Source: an uncultured Verrucomicrobiae bacterium (lineage in GTDB: Bacteria > Verrucomicrobiota > Verrucomicrobiia > Chthoniobacterales > Chthoniobacteraceae). From it: DNA of 64,000 nucleotides. Below the pieces are notes generated by a model, which saw nothing but the letters and a program-made list of their open reading frames with translations, ran no database searches and had not been told where the DNA came from. A program made the translations under genes and the position numbers. The DNA is taken from the NCBI GenBank assembly GCA_963769025.1, contig CAVYKI010000003.1, forward strand, positions 1,024,001 through 1,088,000, in the 5' to 3' direction. Positions 8,616 through 19,389 of the stretch are shown here, piece after piece (within the stretch, counting starts at the first letter, position 1; each line of letters opens with the position of its first letter).

Positions 8616-9367
8616 TCCCGGTTCTTCACCTCCTGCGCGACTTCCGAGAGGATCGTCAGCCGCCCGCCGTAGGTTTTTTGCAGGAGCGCGTCGGTGAAAA
8701 CATCCGCGGTCTCGCCGAATGCCACGACGTGCATGTTGATGAGCAGCAGCATGTCGAAATATTGCCGGGCGCTCGTGAGGTCGTGGTGGACGACGAGGAT
8801 CGTTTTCCCGCGCGCCTTCAGTTCGTGGAGCAGGGTGACGATGGCGGCCTCGGTCGTGGCGTCCACGCCGGCGAATGGCTCGTCCATCAGGTAGAGGTCG
8901 CTCTCCTGCGCGAGTGCGCGGGCGAGGAAGACGCGCTGCTGCTGGCCTCCGCTGAGGTTGGCGATCTGGCGATCCGCGAAGGGGAGCATGCCGAGTTTTT
9001 CCAGGCACTCGCGCGCGATCTCGCGGTCGCGCGCGTCGGGGCGGCGGCCGAGGCCGAGGCGTCCGTAGCGTCCCATCAGCACGACATCCATGACGTTGAC
9101 GGGAAAATCCCAATCCACCGACTCGCGCTGCGGCACGTAGCCGACGCGCCGCAGCGCGCGCGAAGCAGGTTCGCCAAAAATTTTCACCCATCCGCTCACG
9201 GGCGGGACGATGCCCATGACGGCCTTGATGAGCGTGGATTTTCCTGCGCCGTTCGGCCCCATGATGCCGACGATCCGGCCTGGCGGCACTGCGAGGTCCA
9301 CGCGGTAAATCACCGGCCGCTTGTGGTAGGCGACGGTGAGATCGTGTGTTTCGAGCGCTGGCGTCAT
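8612..9367 (-). CDS. Metal ABC transporter ATPase (TroB/MntB)
   Basis: GPNGAGKST, YVPQRESVDWDFP, LSGGQQQRVFLARAL, MDEPFAGVD. Confidence 0.95.
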   Translation of the reverse strand: MTPALETHDLTVAYHKRPVIYRVDLAVPPGRIVGIMGPNGAGKSTLIKAVMGIVPPVSGWVKIFGEPASRALRRVGYVPQRESVDWDFPVNVMDVVLMGRYGRLGLGRRPDARDREIARECLEKLGMLPFADRQIANLSGGQQQRVFLARALAQESDLYLMDEPFAGVDATTEAAIVTLLHELKARGKTILVVHHDLTSARQYFDMLLLINMHVVAFGETADVFTDALLQKTYGGRLTILSEVAQEVKNRE

Positions 9368-9368
9368 T

Positions 9369-10202
9369 TCAAAATCTCACACTCAGCGTGAGGAACGGAT
9401 TGATGTCCGTCGCCTGGCGCGTGACTCCAAAGTAAACGCCCCCATCCAGCAGGACATTGTCGGACAGCGCCCACTGCAGCCCTCCGCCGATGGAGACTGC
9501 CGGGTGCGATTCGTTTTCGCCGGCGTGATACGCGCCGACCAGTTCGACATAGCCCCAGAGCCGTTCAAGCAATGGCCGGGTGAACGAGGCCACCGTGATC
9601 CACTCCGCGTGATGGCCGCCGCCAGCGGCATGCTCGCGGGCGTTGAGTTCGAGCCGGGCATCGAACGACCAGTCCGCCGGCAGCGTAGCGGAGAAATAGG
9701 CGGTGAAGCCTCCCTCGACCGCACCGTTTCCAAGGCCATCGGACGCCGTGGGCAGCTTGAGCGACGGCATGATCGCACACGCAGTCGTGCCGCCGTCATT
9801 GCCCCAGAGGTTCGCCTTCACCCGCAGCGTGACATCGCCAAACCCCTCGGCAACTTCGCCCATGCCCGGCGCGCTCGTGCGGACGCGGTTGTGAAGCGGC
9901 GTGGTCAGCGCGAATTCGATCGAGTTGCTCAGCCCGACGCGCGTGTTGATCGAGGCGAACGACCACGCATTGACGTGGGTGGAGTCCCTGCCAGGCGTGT
10001 GGCGGTCCCGGCTGAAATTGAAGAGGTCCGCATCGAACTGGACATGGCCGGCGTCCACGGTGAAGGCGTTGTCCGTCGCGAGCGGGCGCATCTGTTCACG
10101 CGGGGTCGGCTTGAAAAGGTGGTAGCCGCTCTTGTCCTTCGCGGCGGGATCGCTCGCGAGCAATGAACCGCCGGCGGCGAAAAGGATGAGTGTGCGTTTC
10201 AT
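9369..10202 (-). CDS. Putative outer-membrane beta-barrel (COG4313/Phenol_MetA_deg 'transporter' family)
   Basis: Signal peptide MKRTLILFAAGGSLLA, FTVDAGHVQF, GFGDVTLRVKANLWG, KLPTA, C-terminal aromatic beta signal LTLSVRF. Confidence 0.75.
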   Translation of the reverse strand: MKRTLILFAAGGSLLASDPAAKDKSGYHLFKPTPREQMRPLATDNAFTVDAGHVQFDADLFNFSRDRHTPGRDSTHVNAWSFASINTRVGLSNSIEFALTTPLHNRVRTSAPGMGEVAEGFGDVTLRVKANLWGNDGGTTACAIMPSLKLPTASDGLGNGAVEGGFTAYFSATLPADWSFDARLELNAREHAAGGGHHAEWITVASFTRPLLERLWGYVELVGAYHAGENESHPAVSIGGGLQWALSDNVLLDGGVYFGVTRQATDINPFLTLSVRF

Positions 10203-11113
10203 TTGAGAGCTTCGACGATGGTGTTGATGTTCTGTTTCAGCATCCCGACGACCGTACCCTCGTCGTACGTCTCGCCCGCGACGGTGTGGATCTTGCCCGG
10301 AGTGCCGAGGGCGTCGGAAAAAAGTTCGCCGCCGATTTTCGCGCCGCTGTCCTTGCTGATGCGCTCGATGGCCGCCTTCGGAACGCTGCTTTCGACGAAC
10401 ACCGCCTTGACCTTCTTCTGCCTGATGAAGTCGGTCACCTTCGCGATGTCGGCAAGGCCGGCCTCGGTGACGGTCGAGATGCCCTGCACCCCGATCACTT
10501 CGAGCCCGTACGCGCGGCCGAGGTAGTTGAACGCATCGTGGCTCGTGATCAACGTGCGTTGCGCGGCGGAGAGCACCTGCACGCGTTCCTTCGCCCAGCC
10601 GTGGAGCTTCAGCAGCTCGGCGCGGTGGTCCCCGGCGCGCTTCGTGTATTCGACGGCGCCGGCGGGGTCGGCCTCGGCGAGCGCCTTCGCGACGGTCGGA
10701 ACGCAGAAGGACCACAGTTCCGCATCGCCCCAGACATGCGGGTCCGGATGGCCGCCGGCGTTATCGGGATGCAGGAGCCTGTCGGCCGGGATGCCTGCCG
10801 TGACGGCGACGACCTTGCGCCCGCGCTCCGCGAGACGGTCAAAGAGTTCCGCCATCTGCCCTTCGAGCATCAGGCCGCTGTAAAAGACGAGCTTCGCCCG
10901 CTGCAGCTTCGCGACGTCAGAGGCCGTGGCCTTGTAAAGATGCGGGTCCACGCCGGCACCCATGAGCGCCTCGACCTGCACACGCTCGCCGCCGATCTGC
11001 CGGACGAGGTCGGCGACCATCCCGGTGGTGGCGGTGACGTTCAGTTTCGGCTGCGCCGCTGCGGGCAGCGCGTCGAGGACCGTGGCTGCGAAAAGGAGGA
11101 AGACGGCTTTCAT
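10199..11113 (-). CDS. Metal ABC substrate-binding protein (TroA/MntA)
   Basis: GVDPHLYK, DPHVW, TSHDAFNY, LFSDALG give the His/His/His/Asp ligand set of TroA. Confidence 0.93.
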   Translation of the reverse strand: MKAVFLLFAATVLDALPAAAQPKLNVTATTGMVADLVRQIGGERVQVEALMGAGVDPHLYKATASDVAKLQRAKLVFYSGLMLEGQMAELFDRLAERGRKVVAVTAGIPADRLLHPDNAGGHPDPHVWGDAELWSFCVPTVAKALAEADPAGAVEYTKRAGDHRAELLKLHGWAKERVQVLSAAQRTLITSHDAFNYLGRAYGLEVIGVQGISTVTEAGLADIAKVTDFIRQKKVKAVFVESSVPKAAIERISKDSGAKIGGELFSDALGTPGKIHTVAGETYDEGTVVGMLKQNINTIVEALK

Positions 11114-11157
11114 GGCGCGTTCCGTAGCCCGCGGCAAACCCGCCGTCAACAAAGGAA

Positions 11158-11171
11158 TTAGGCGGGACTAA
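11158..11171. promoter_or_regulatory. Candidate DtxR/MntR-family operator
   Basis: TTAGGCGGGACTAA (TTAG-N6-CTAA) with AAAGGAA/CATTCTTT flanks, between divergent troA and mntR; resembles the SirR/MntR-type TTAGGTTAACCTAA box. Confidence 0.55.
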
Positions 11172-11242
11172 CATTCTTTGCCAAACCGCAGAAAGCTTGC
11201 CTCCCTTGACTTCCGGGGCGCCACGCGGCTACGGTCCCCGCC

Positions 11243-11674
11243 ATGCCCGCCAAGCCGAAGGCGAAAGCCACCCCCCGCAGTTCCGCCGCAGTGGAGGACT
11301 ACCTCGAGCGCATCCTGGAGCTCATCAATACGAAGGGTTACGCGCGCGTGGTGGACATCGCGCAGAGCCTGAAGATCTCCCAGGCGAGCGTGACGAACAT
11401 GATCCAACGGATGGACGCGGACGGGCTGCTCAAATACGAGCGCTACCGCGGCATGGCGCTGACGGCATCGGGCGAGGCGCTCGCAAAAAACATCACGCGG
11501 CGCCACCGCATCCTCACGGATTTCCTGCGGCTCTTCGGGCTCGATGAGGAGCTGATTTACCACGATGTCGAAGGCATGGAACATCACGTGAGCCCGCCGA
11601 CGCTGAACGCGATCGAGGCGCTGACCGCCCAGCTTCGCAAGCAGCCCGCGCTGGTCGCGAGGGTGACGAAATAG
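11243..11674 (+). CDS. mntR: Manganese-dependent regulator MntR (DtxR family)
   Basis: SAAVEDYLERI, GYARVVDIAQSL, SVTNMIQR, YERYRG, RRHRIL, HDVEGMEHH. Confidence 0.92.
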   Translation: MPAKPKAKATPRSSAAVEDYLERILELINTKGYARVVDIAQSLKISQASVTNMIQRMDADGLLKYERYRGMALTASGEALAKNITRRHRILTDFLRLFGLDEELIYHDVEGMEHHVSPPTLNAIEALTAQLRKQPALVARVTK

Positions 11675-11721
11675 CGGAGCGGGATTGCGCCGACGGGGGA
11701 GTTCCGATACAGGGCGGCCAC

Positions 11722-12204
11722 ATGAAATTGATCCGCTTGGCCGGGGCGCTGCTCCTGCTTCCGTATTTTGCCGGCTGCGTTTCCACCGTCGGGCCGACCC
11801 AGGCCCAGATCACAAAGGCGCGCGCGGGGATGCTGGAGGAAATCAAAAATGAACCGCCGGGCGCGTATTTCGTCGGGCGGCGCTACTACAAGACCGAATA
11901 CAAGTTCTGGGGCTTCGTACGCAAATCGGGCGAACCTTGGAAGGCGGCAAAGCTGGTGATGCTGAACGAAAACCAAAAGCTGGCGCCGGACCGCGCGGGC
12001 GGGAAGCTCGGCTCGGACAATAATTACGAGTACAAGCTCTCCGGCTATTTCTCGGGCGACACGGTCTATGAGCCTGCGAGCAACGGCTTCTACCCCGAGT
12101 TCGTGCTGAAGGGCTACGAGCTGAAAACGTCAACTCCCGCGCCCATCTACAAAGAAGCGGGCGCGACGGACCCCGAGCGCCGGATCATCGCGATCCCTTA
12201 TTGA
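11722..12204 (+). CDS. Hypothetical lipoprotein
   Basis: Lipobox FAGC; aromatic-rich globular sequence; typical codon usage. Confidence 0.75.
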   Translation: MKLIRLAGALLLLPYFAGCVSTVGPTQAQITKARAGMLEEIKNEPPGAYFVGRRYYKTEYKFWGFVRKSGEPWKAAKLVMLNENQKLAPDRAGGKLGSDNNYEYKLSGYFSGDTVYEPASNGFYPEFVLKGYELKTSTPAPIYKEAGATDPERRIIAIPY

Positions 12205-12211
12205 AGCCAGC

Positions 12212-13978
12212 CTACGGCGCGTTCGCTGGAGGCAGCGGCGGAACAACGACGGGCTCCGGAGGTACGCTGAGCGGGATTTTCTCGCTGAGCAAAACGTCGA
12301 AGACATGCGAGATGAGGCCGCGATAGTGCTGCTGCACGATGGCGTCCGGCGACTCCTTCTGGAGGGTGAGGAAGTCGGCGTAGTCTTCCTGAAGCTTCAG
12401 CGCGAGCAGCGTCCGGAGCTGCGTCGTCGCGTCGGGCGACGGGTCGGTCGTGCCGGCGGCCATCGCGAGAGCGCGAGCCTCGCTGTCCGAGGTGAGCTCC
12501 TCGACTCGGCCCTTCAGTTCCTCGACGCGGCCCTCGAGCTGGGCGACGAGGCGCTTCAGTTCGTCGGGGCTCAGGTTTGCCTCGTCGTGGGAAATGACGG
12601 GCCGATCCGCGTCGCGGCGTGATCGGCGGCCGTCGTCGTCGCCGCGGCGCAGGCGCGCCTGTGCGGCCGCGAGTTCGCTGCGAAGTCCGGAGACGTAGGA
12701 GTCGAGCTGCTTGATGGCCGCGCTGAAGTTGAAACCGGGCTGTCCCCTGGACTCCTGTTCGCGGGAAACGTAGGCGGGCCTTTCCTTGCGGTCGTTCCTT
12801 CCGCCGCGGCGGCGGCGTCCGCCCTCCTCCTCGGCCGCAGGCTGGTCCTCGTCATCGTCGTCGTCCTCTTCCTCCTCGTCCTCATCGTCGTCCTCCGCGT
12901 CGAGCGCTTCGAGTCGTGCGATTTTCTCGGCTTCGCGCCAGGCATTGATTTCCTGGTTCACTGCCTCGACCGCCGCCTGGTCGCCGCTCTCGGCGGCGAG
13001 GCGCGATTTCTCCTCCAGCTCCGGCGGCAGCGGCGTCTCGACCTCGGCGGCAGGCTGTGCGGCCGAATCGTCGCCTCGCCCGCGCGTGCGGGGTTCCGGG
13101 GCGGCATCCGCCTTCAGCGCGGAAAGGATGGCCTCGGGAAGTTCGGGGACTTCCTTGCGCAGCGCGGACTGCCATTTTCCGCCCCACCGCCCGACGGCGC
13201 GGGCGACCATGCCGATCAGGTTTTCGTGCAACTGCCCGAGCCTCGCGCCGCCGTAGCGCAGCACGCTGAGCTGGGTGATGGGCGCGTTGTTCACGTTGAA
13301 CGTCGAAAACACGACGGCGGAAAGGATGGCGGTGGCGTCCTCGGGAGGCAGATCGGCGAGCGCGAGCTGGAGCACCCACGGCTTGCCGCGACCGATGAAG
13401 ACGTTGCCGATGAGCTTCGAGTGCTCGGGCTTGAGCGCGCCGGTCTCGCTGTTCCACATGCTCCGGCACGTGGCCGCCGCGACGCGGACCGCCTCGGGCA
13501 GTTCGACCCTCGCGAGCGAGCGCGCCATGCTCAGGCGCAGGCGGTAGCCGTTGTCGGTGTCCATCTTTGCCAGGCCGTCGAGGACGGTGGCGCGGGCTTC
13601 TGCGGGCAGATCCTTCCACGCGTTTTCGATCGCGCGGACGCCGAGAATCCACGGCAGTTGCGGCATCGCGGCAAGCGCGGCGGCGATTCCGTCCCCGCCT
13701 TCGAGCAGGCAATTGTGCATCAGGCGCGTCGCCTTGTCCTCGTCGCCTGGCGAGAGGCGGTTCGTGTTTCCGGTCTGTGAAAGTGCGGCCAATTCCGCCT
13801 TCGGATCGCCCGGGGGCTGCTCGGGCGCGGCGGGATCGCCGGTTCCATGCTCAGGCAATCCCAACGCGGGCGGATTGTCGGTCAAGGCGAGGTTTGCCGG
13901 CTCCGGCACAGGGGAAGGTTGGGGAGCGGACGCCTCGGGCGTCGATGGTGGCGGCGGTGTGGGAAGGTCTTTTGCCAT
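12212..13978 (-). CDS. Hypothetical protein: Pro-rich N-terminus, helical domain, poly-acidic tract, coiled coil
   Basis: 588-aa ORF with coherent composition; D/E run [17 protein letters not shown]; heptads [22 protein letters not shown]. Confidence 0.75.
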   Translation of the reverse strand: MAKDLPTPPPPSTPEASAPQPSPVPEPANLALTDNPPALGLPEHGTGDPAAPEQPPGDPKAELAALSQTGNTNRLSPGDEDKATRLMHNCLLEGGDGIAAALAAMPQLPWILGVRAIENAWKDLPAEARATVLDGLAKMDTDNGYRLRLSMARSLARVELPEAVRVAAATCRSMWNSETGALKPEHSKLIGNVFIGRGKPWVLQLALADLPPEDATAILSAVVFSTFNVNNAPITQLSVLRYGGARLGQLHENLIGMVARAVGRWGGKWQSALRKEVPELPEAILSALKADAAPEPRTRGRGDDSAAQPAAEVETPLPPELEEKSRLAAESGDQAAVEAVNQEINAWREAEKIARLEALDAEDDDEDEEEEDDDDDEDQPAAEEEGGRRRRGGRNDRKERPAYVSREQESRGQPGFNFSAAIKQLDSYVSGLRSELAAAQARLRRGDDDGRRSRRDADRPVISHDEANLSPDELKRLVAQLEGRVEELKGRVEELTSDSEARALAMAAGTTDPSPDATTQLRTLLALKLQEDYADFLTLQKESPDAIVQQHYRGLISHVFDVLLSEKIPLSVPPEPVVVPPLPPANAP

Positions 13979-14136
13979 GGGTGAAGAAAGTTGGCCCTAT
14001 CAATGGCGGCGCGTTCCCCGGTGGCGAGTGCTTTTTTTGCCGCAGACCGATGGTGGGCCTCCTTTTGGCTTTCCCCGACGCGGGGCGCGTTCTACTTCCT
14101 GTCCTCCACTTTTTCAAAATCCCAACTCAAACAGCC

Positions 14137-15183
14137 ATGGCCAAGACGATCGCAGCACCCGCCGACGAAAACAAGGTAACCGCCGCACGGAACAAGAACC
14201 TGGAGATGGTCCTCCAGACCATCGTGAAGGAGTACGGCGACGGCGCGATCATGCGGCTCGGCGATTCCACGCACATGGACGTGGAGAGCATCCCCACGGG
14301 AAATATTCTCATCGATCGCGCGCTCGGCTGCGGCGGGCTGCCCCGCGGACGCATCGTGGAAATTTTCGGGCCGGAAAGCTCGGGCAAGACGACTCTCACG
14401 CTCACCGCAATCGCGCAGGCGCAAAAGCGCGGCGGGCTCGCGGCGTTCATCGACGTGGAGCACGCGCTCGACCCGCAGTATGCGAAGAAGCTCGGCGTGA
14501 ATCTCGACGACCTGCTCGTCTCGCAGCCGAGCAGCGGCGAGGAGGCGCTGCGCATCGTCGAGACCCTCGTGCGGTCGAACGCGCTCGACATCATCGTGCT
14601 CGATTCCGTCGCCGCACTGGTGACGAAGCAGGAACTCGAAGGCGAGATCGGCGACAGCACCGTCGGCGCGCAGGCACGCCTCATGAGCGCCGCGATGCGC
14701 AAGCTCACCGCGCTCATCTCGAAGGCGCGCACGATCTGCATTTTCACCAACCAGATCCGCGAGAAGATTGGCGTGATGTTCGGCAACCCCGAGACGACGC
14801 CGGGCGGCAAGGCGCTCAAGTTTTACGCGAGCGTGCGCATCGACATCCGCCGCATCGGCGCGATCAAGACGGCGGACGGCGTGGTCACCGGCAACCGCAC
14901 GAAGGTGAAAATCGTGAAGAACAAGGTCGCGCCGCCGTTTTGCGAGTGCGAGTTCGACATCATGTACAACGAGGGCATCAGCAACACCGGCTCGCTCCTC
15001 GACCTCGCGATCGAAAAGGGAATCATCGAAAAGCGCGGCTCATGGCTCAGCTACAACGGCAGCCAGCTCGCGCAGGGCCGCGACGCCGCGAAGGAAATCC
15101 TGAAGGCCGACTCCGCGCTCTACGATGGGCTCTACGCGGCCGTCAAAGTGAAGCTCGACGAGGACGCCGCCGCGGCGAAGTAG
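14137..15183 (+). CDS. recA: Recombinase A
   Basis: [61 protein letters not shown]. Confidence 0.99.
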   Translation: MAKTIAAPADENKVTAARNKNLEMVLQTIVKEYGDGAIMRLGDSTHMDVESIPTGNILIDRALGCGGLPRGRIVEIFGPESSGKTTLTLTAIAQAQKRGGLAAFIDVEHALDPQYAKKLGVNLDDLLVSQPSSGEEALRIVETLVRSNALDIIVLDSVAALVTKQELEGEIGDSTVGAQARLMSAAMRKLTALISKARTICIFTNQIREKIGVMFGNPETTPGGKALKFYASVRIDIRRIGAIKTADGVVTGNRTKVKIVKNKVAPPFCECEFDIMYNEGISNTGSLLDLAIEKGIIEKRGSWLSYNGSQLAQGRDAAKEILKADSALYDGLYAAVKVKLDEDAAAAK

Positions 15184-15901
15184 ATCCGCTCGGGGACGGC
15201 GCGCGGCATGCGCGCTGGAGAATCCGCCGCGCGACGATTGCGGCGCTTGCGTCGCGTGCGCCGCTCGCAATCAGACCGCGCTGCACCCAGGAGTCTCCGA
15301 GTTTCCGGCAGAGCGCGCGGACGAGTGCGCGTGAAACCACCGGCTCCGGCAAAGGCTGAAGGCCGGTCCGGAGTTCCCGCCCGCTCACTGCTGGCGAGAC
15401 TTCGGCCACCAGTATCCCTGCCGGCTCCGGCATTCCGACAGGTTCGGGTTGCGGCACGGGTTCGGCTGCGGTTTCCGCTTCGGACGGCGCCGCCGGAACG
15501 GGCCCGATGGAAGGCCACAGCGCATCCAGGAGCTGGTTCATCAGCGCGACGGTGAGATCGCGCAGCGAGTCCTCGGAAAGCAACGTGTCAGCAAGCGCCT
15601 TTGCGTCCGGCCCGGCGGTGTAACTCGCGGTGACGTGGATTTCAAAATCGCCCGCCATCCAACGCGGTGCGGGCTCGTCACCGGCAAGATGCCGTGCAAG
15701 CCGGGCGACAAAACCCGTCGCTGCCTGCTCGCTCCAATGCTTCCGGATTGCTGCGTCGCCCAGCATCGCGGGAAGCAGCGGGACGATGATTTCGCCGTGC
15801 AGCTCGTCGTCCGGAATCGCGATTCCCGCGCCCTCCGGCGCCGCCAGCAACGCCGAGGAGTCATCGAGCAACCGGCGGAAAAGTTCCTCGTGGCGGCTCA
15901 T
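15143..15901 (-). CDS. Hypothetical protein translationally coupled to the DpdE-like helicase
   Basis: ATG at 15901 overlaps the restored helicase stop (ATGA); helical N-domain, EP-rich linker, small C-domain; 3' end overlaps recA by 41 bp. Confidence 0.6.
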   Translation of the reverse strand: MSRHEELFRRLLDDSSALLAAPEGAGIAIPDDELHGEIIVPLLPAMLGDAAIRKHWSEQAATGFVARLARHLAGDEPAPRWMAGDFEIHVTASYTAGPDAKALADTLLSEDSLRDLTVALMNQLLDALWPSIGPVPAAPSEAETAAEPVPQPEPVGMPEPAGILVAEVSPAVSGRELRTGLQPLPEPVVSRALVRALCRKLGDSWVQRGLIASGARDASAAIVARRILQRACRAPSPSGSTSPRRRPRRASL

Positions 15902-18900
15902 CTGCGCGGACGGGTCGCGAGGCCTGGATCCCAGTCCGGCTCAGGCCACCACGGCTTTTCGCCGAGCACGTAGGCGCCGAGAGTGTCGAGGTGGATCACC
16001 GGATTGGCGAGGATGCCGCCGACCAGTTCCTCGACGTCGGCGAGGTTCTTGGTCTCCGCCTTTGCCTGCGCGGCGGAATCGATGCCCGCCTGCTGCCTGG
16101 CCTTCAGCCGAGCGCGCGAGCAGGCCGAAGTGCGCCGCGGCGGCCTGCTGCGCCTTTTCGCGCGCGGTCTTCAGCATGCCGCCTCTCGTGACCGTGGCGA
16201 CGGCCTTCTTTCCCGAGCCTCTGACATGACTTCCGCCACTCCGTCTCGCCGAATTTTTCCCGGATCTGCTGCGGCGCGTTCCTTTCCGAGATTGCGGTCG
16301 ATCTTGTAGTGGTAGGGACGGTTGCAGAGCTCGACGAATTTTGCGTCCGCGGCGTCGCCGTGCTCGTCGAGCCACAGCTCGGCGATGAACTCCGGGAAAC
16401 CAGCCGCGCACGAGCCGGAGCAGCGAGCCGCGACGGATCGTGTCCCACTCGGACGCGACGAGCGCCTTTTCCACTGCGGCGAGATCCACGTTCACCTGCA
16501 CGAGCGCACGGAAGATGAGCGTCGGCTTTTTCACGCCGGGCGCGTGACGCCACATCGCCCATGCGCGGCCGCGGTCGTCCCACGAGAGCAGTTCGCGGCA
16601 GCCGTCCACGGCGGAGTGGCCGGGGCGGAGGAAAGTGCAGCGTGAGATCCTCGATGACGACGCCGCGATGCACGCTGAACTGCACCGCAAACATCGCGGC
16701 GAGCGAGTCGAGCTTGTCGGCGGGGATGAGCGGATTGCTGTCGCGCTTCATGCGGAACTTGAACGAATTCGTCTCCTCGTCCCAGCGTTCCTCGAGGCCG
16801 AGATTGCGCTGGAGATACGCGCTGAAGGCCTTGCCAAAATCCTCCGCGGCGGCATCCGCGGCGGCGAGGTCGCGCGAAAGCGGGCTCTCGGGCGAGAGGC
16901 TGTGCATGCCGTCAATCACGTCCTGCTCCTCGATGCTCGCGCGCTCCTTCACCACGGCTTCGGCGAGCGCGGGGATCGCATCGAGCAGCGCCTGCGCTCC
17001 GCCGAGAAATGCGCGCTCGCGCAGCTTCGGCAGCTCGGTGTCCACGAGGTGCTGGAGGTCGGAGATGCTCGCGGCGTAAAGGCCGAAGCCCTCGGCGAGC
17101 ACGCGCCGCCACGCCTCGTCGAGCGCGACCGCGTCGTCCTCGCCGGTGACGAAGACGATGCACGGAATCGCGCCCGTGCGATCGATCCGGTCGAGGCGTC
17201 CGAGACGTTGTTCGAGGCGCATCGGCGACCACGGCAGGTCGTGGAAAATCACGGCCTTCGCAAACTGGAGGTTGAAGCCCTCCTCGCCCGTCGCGTCGGT
17301 GATGAGCACGCGCGAGGCGCGGTCGCCGGCGAAGTCGGAGAAAAGTTCGCCCGCCGTGCTGCCGACGGTGCTCGTGCTCGCGACCTTCACGCCTTCGCGT
17401 GAAAACAGCGTGTGCAGGCGCTTCGCGAGGTCGGCGCAGAAGCGCGCGTTCGGACAGAAGACGACGTATTTTCCATTCGGTCCGTCCTTCGCAGCGCGCC
17501 GGCGGAGCGACTCGGCGATGAGATCGAGACGTGCCTCGGCGATCTGCCACGCGAGCTTGTCGTCGGCGAGACCGGCGAGGAGTTTCACCTCGGCGTCGGT
17601 GGCCTTCGTCGCCTTCGCGACATCCTTCACGAGCGTCGAAAGTTTTTCCGGTTCGGCGGAGATGGCCTCGGCGAGTCGCACGTATTCCTCGGCGGCGACG
17701 GTGCGGAGCTTGTCGTCCTTTTCCACACGCTTGCTCGCAGCGGCGCGCCACTTGTCGAGCGCTTCCCAGAGGATGACATGCGGCTCCTCGTCGAGTTCCA
17801 TCTCCACACTCTCGACGACATCGCGCACGAAGCGCTTGTGTGCGCCCGCGAGCCAGCGGCGTCGCGTGCGCAGCATGCGGCGATGGATGCGGTACGTCTC
17901 GCTGATGTGCAGATGCAGCTCGTGCTGGATCGCCTTCGCATCCGCACCGGGCTTTGCGAGCGCGGCGACGAATTCCTTCACGGTCGGATCATTCGGCAGC
18001 AGCGACGCGAGCTTGCCCGCGTGCAGTTTCACGAGCGCGGGCACGGTGGCGCTGCGCAGCGCGAGGAAAGCGCGGCCCAGCTCGACGCGGCGCGCGGTGC
18101 GTTCCTTGAACTCTGCGAGCTTTGCGACGGAATAATTTTCCGGGTCGAGCAATTCGAGCAGCGCGAGCAGGTCGTCGTCGTGATGCAGCACGGGCGTGGC
18201 CGAGAGCAGCAGCAGGTGCTTCGAGGCGTGCGCGAGCTTCAGCGCGTTGCGCGTGATCGGCGATGCAGGCAGTCCGTGGCGTGCGACGACACGGTGCGCC
18301 TCGTCGATCACGAGCACGTCCCACGGGCCCTCCAGCAGCTCCTTGTCCTTCGTAAAATCGGTGTGCGCGAATACTTCCACGTCATCGAGTTCGAAGCGCG
18401 AATCGAGTTCCTCGCGCCACTGCCGCACGAGCGCATCCGGCGCGACGACGGCGATGCGGGCATCCGGCGCGTCGAGCTGGATTTGCCGAAGAATGATGCC
18501 CGCCTCGATCGTCTTCCCGAGGCCGACTTCATCCGCGAGCAGGTAGCGGATGACGGGATCGTGCAGCACGCGGTCCGCGACCTCGGCCTGATGCTGGAGG
18601 ATTTCCACCTTCGATGAAATGAGCGCGGGCAGCCCGTGCGCGAGCTGGTTTTGCTTCAGCAGCTCGCGCAGCAAGTCGGCGCGCTGCTGGAAAAAGAACG
18701 GCGTCTCCTGCGCGAGTTCCGCGAGCACGACCGCCGGATCATCGCCTGGCAGATACGAGCGCACCTGGAACGCATCTTCGCGCATCTCGGTGAGCGTCGT
18801 CAGGCCGGGGAAGTGCACGAGGTAGCTGCGCATCGGTCCGAGCGTCTGCTTCGGCGCGACAATGCGACCGTAGCGCACGAGGCCTTTTTCCGAGTGAAAG

Positions 18901-19211
18901 ACGCGCGTCTGGCTCGGGAGAGGCGGGTGGACGATCTGATCTACGGGCGCGTCCCGTTCGACGAAATTCACGACGTCCGTGTGGAAGCGCAGCGTGACTT
19001 TCGGACCCGAAACCGCAGTGACTTCCGCGAAGCCCGCGTCGCGCCGCGCAGCCGCGAGCACCTTGCAGCCGACCTGCGGCTTGAAGCGAATGACCGGCGG
19101 CGGAGGCTCGGCTGCCTCGACCGGCTTCGGAGCGGCGGCCTTCTTCGCCGGCTTGGCCGCTTTCGGCGTTTTCTTGGCGGTCGGCTTGGCAGGTTTTTTC
19201 GCGGCGGGCAT
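15898..19211 (-). CDS. DpdE-like / RapA-related SNF2 helicase, with five apparent +1 frameshifts in the last ~750 bp
   Basis: LLADEVGLGKTIEAG, VIDEAH, LLLLSATP, EEGFNLQ, EQRLGRLDRI. N-terminus QTRVF...GRIV..YLVHFP...DP..VLA...ETPFF recalls DpdE. Removing single bases near 16633, 16396, 16273, 16212 and 16115 gives 3309 nt (1102 aa) ending PVIHLDTLGAYVL...RPRR*. Confidence 0.8.
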
Positions 19212-19389
19212 GGGGAGAAGGTTTCTGAGTCGCGTTCTACTCCGGAAAATCGCGGATGCCAATGGCGCTCACGTCGCCTTCTCCTGACCGGCCGGGCTGG
19301 CTTCACGCATAGACGCGAGTGCGCAAAGGATACGACAGCCTGCTCGCTGCGGCGTGGCGCGACCCATCAACGACCGGGTTCGATCCCGA

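Noticed and set aside
13979..14136. LexA box upstream of recA
   Set aside because: No TGTTC-N4-GAACA, GAAC-N4-GTTC or CTGT-N8-ACAG match found by eye
15898..19211. Complete Dpd defence island or prophage
   Set aside because: No other dpd or que genes, integrase, att repeats or phage genes; flanks are core genes
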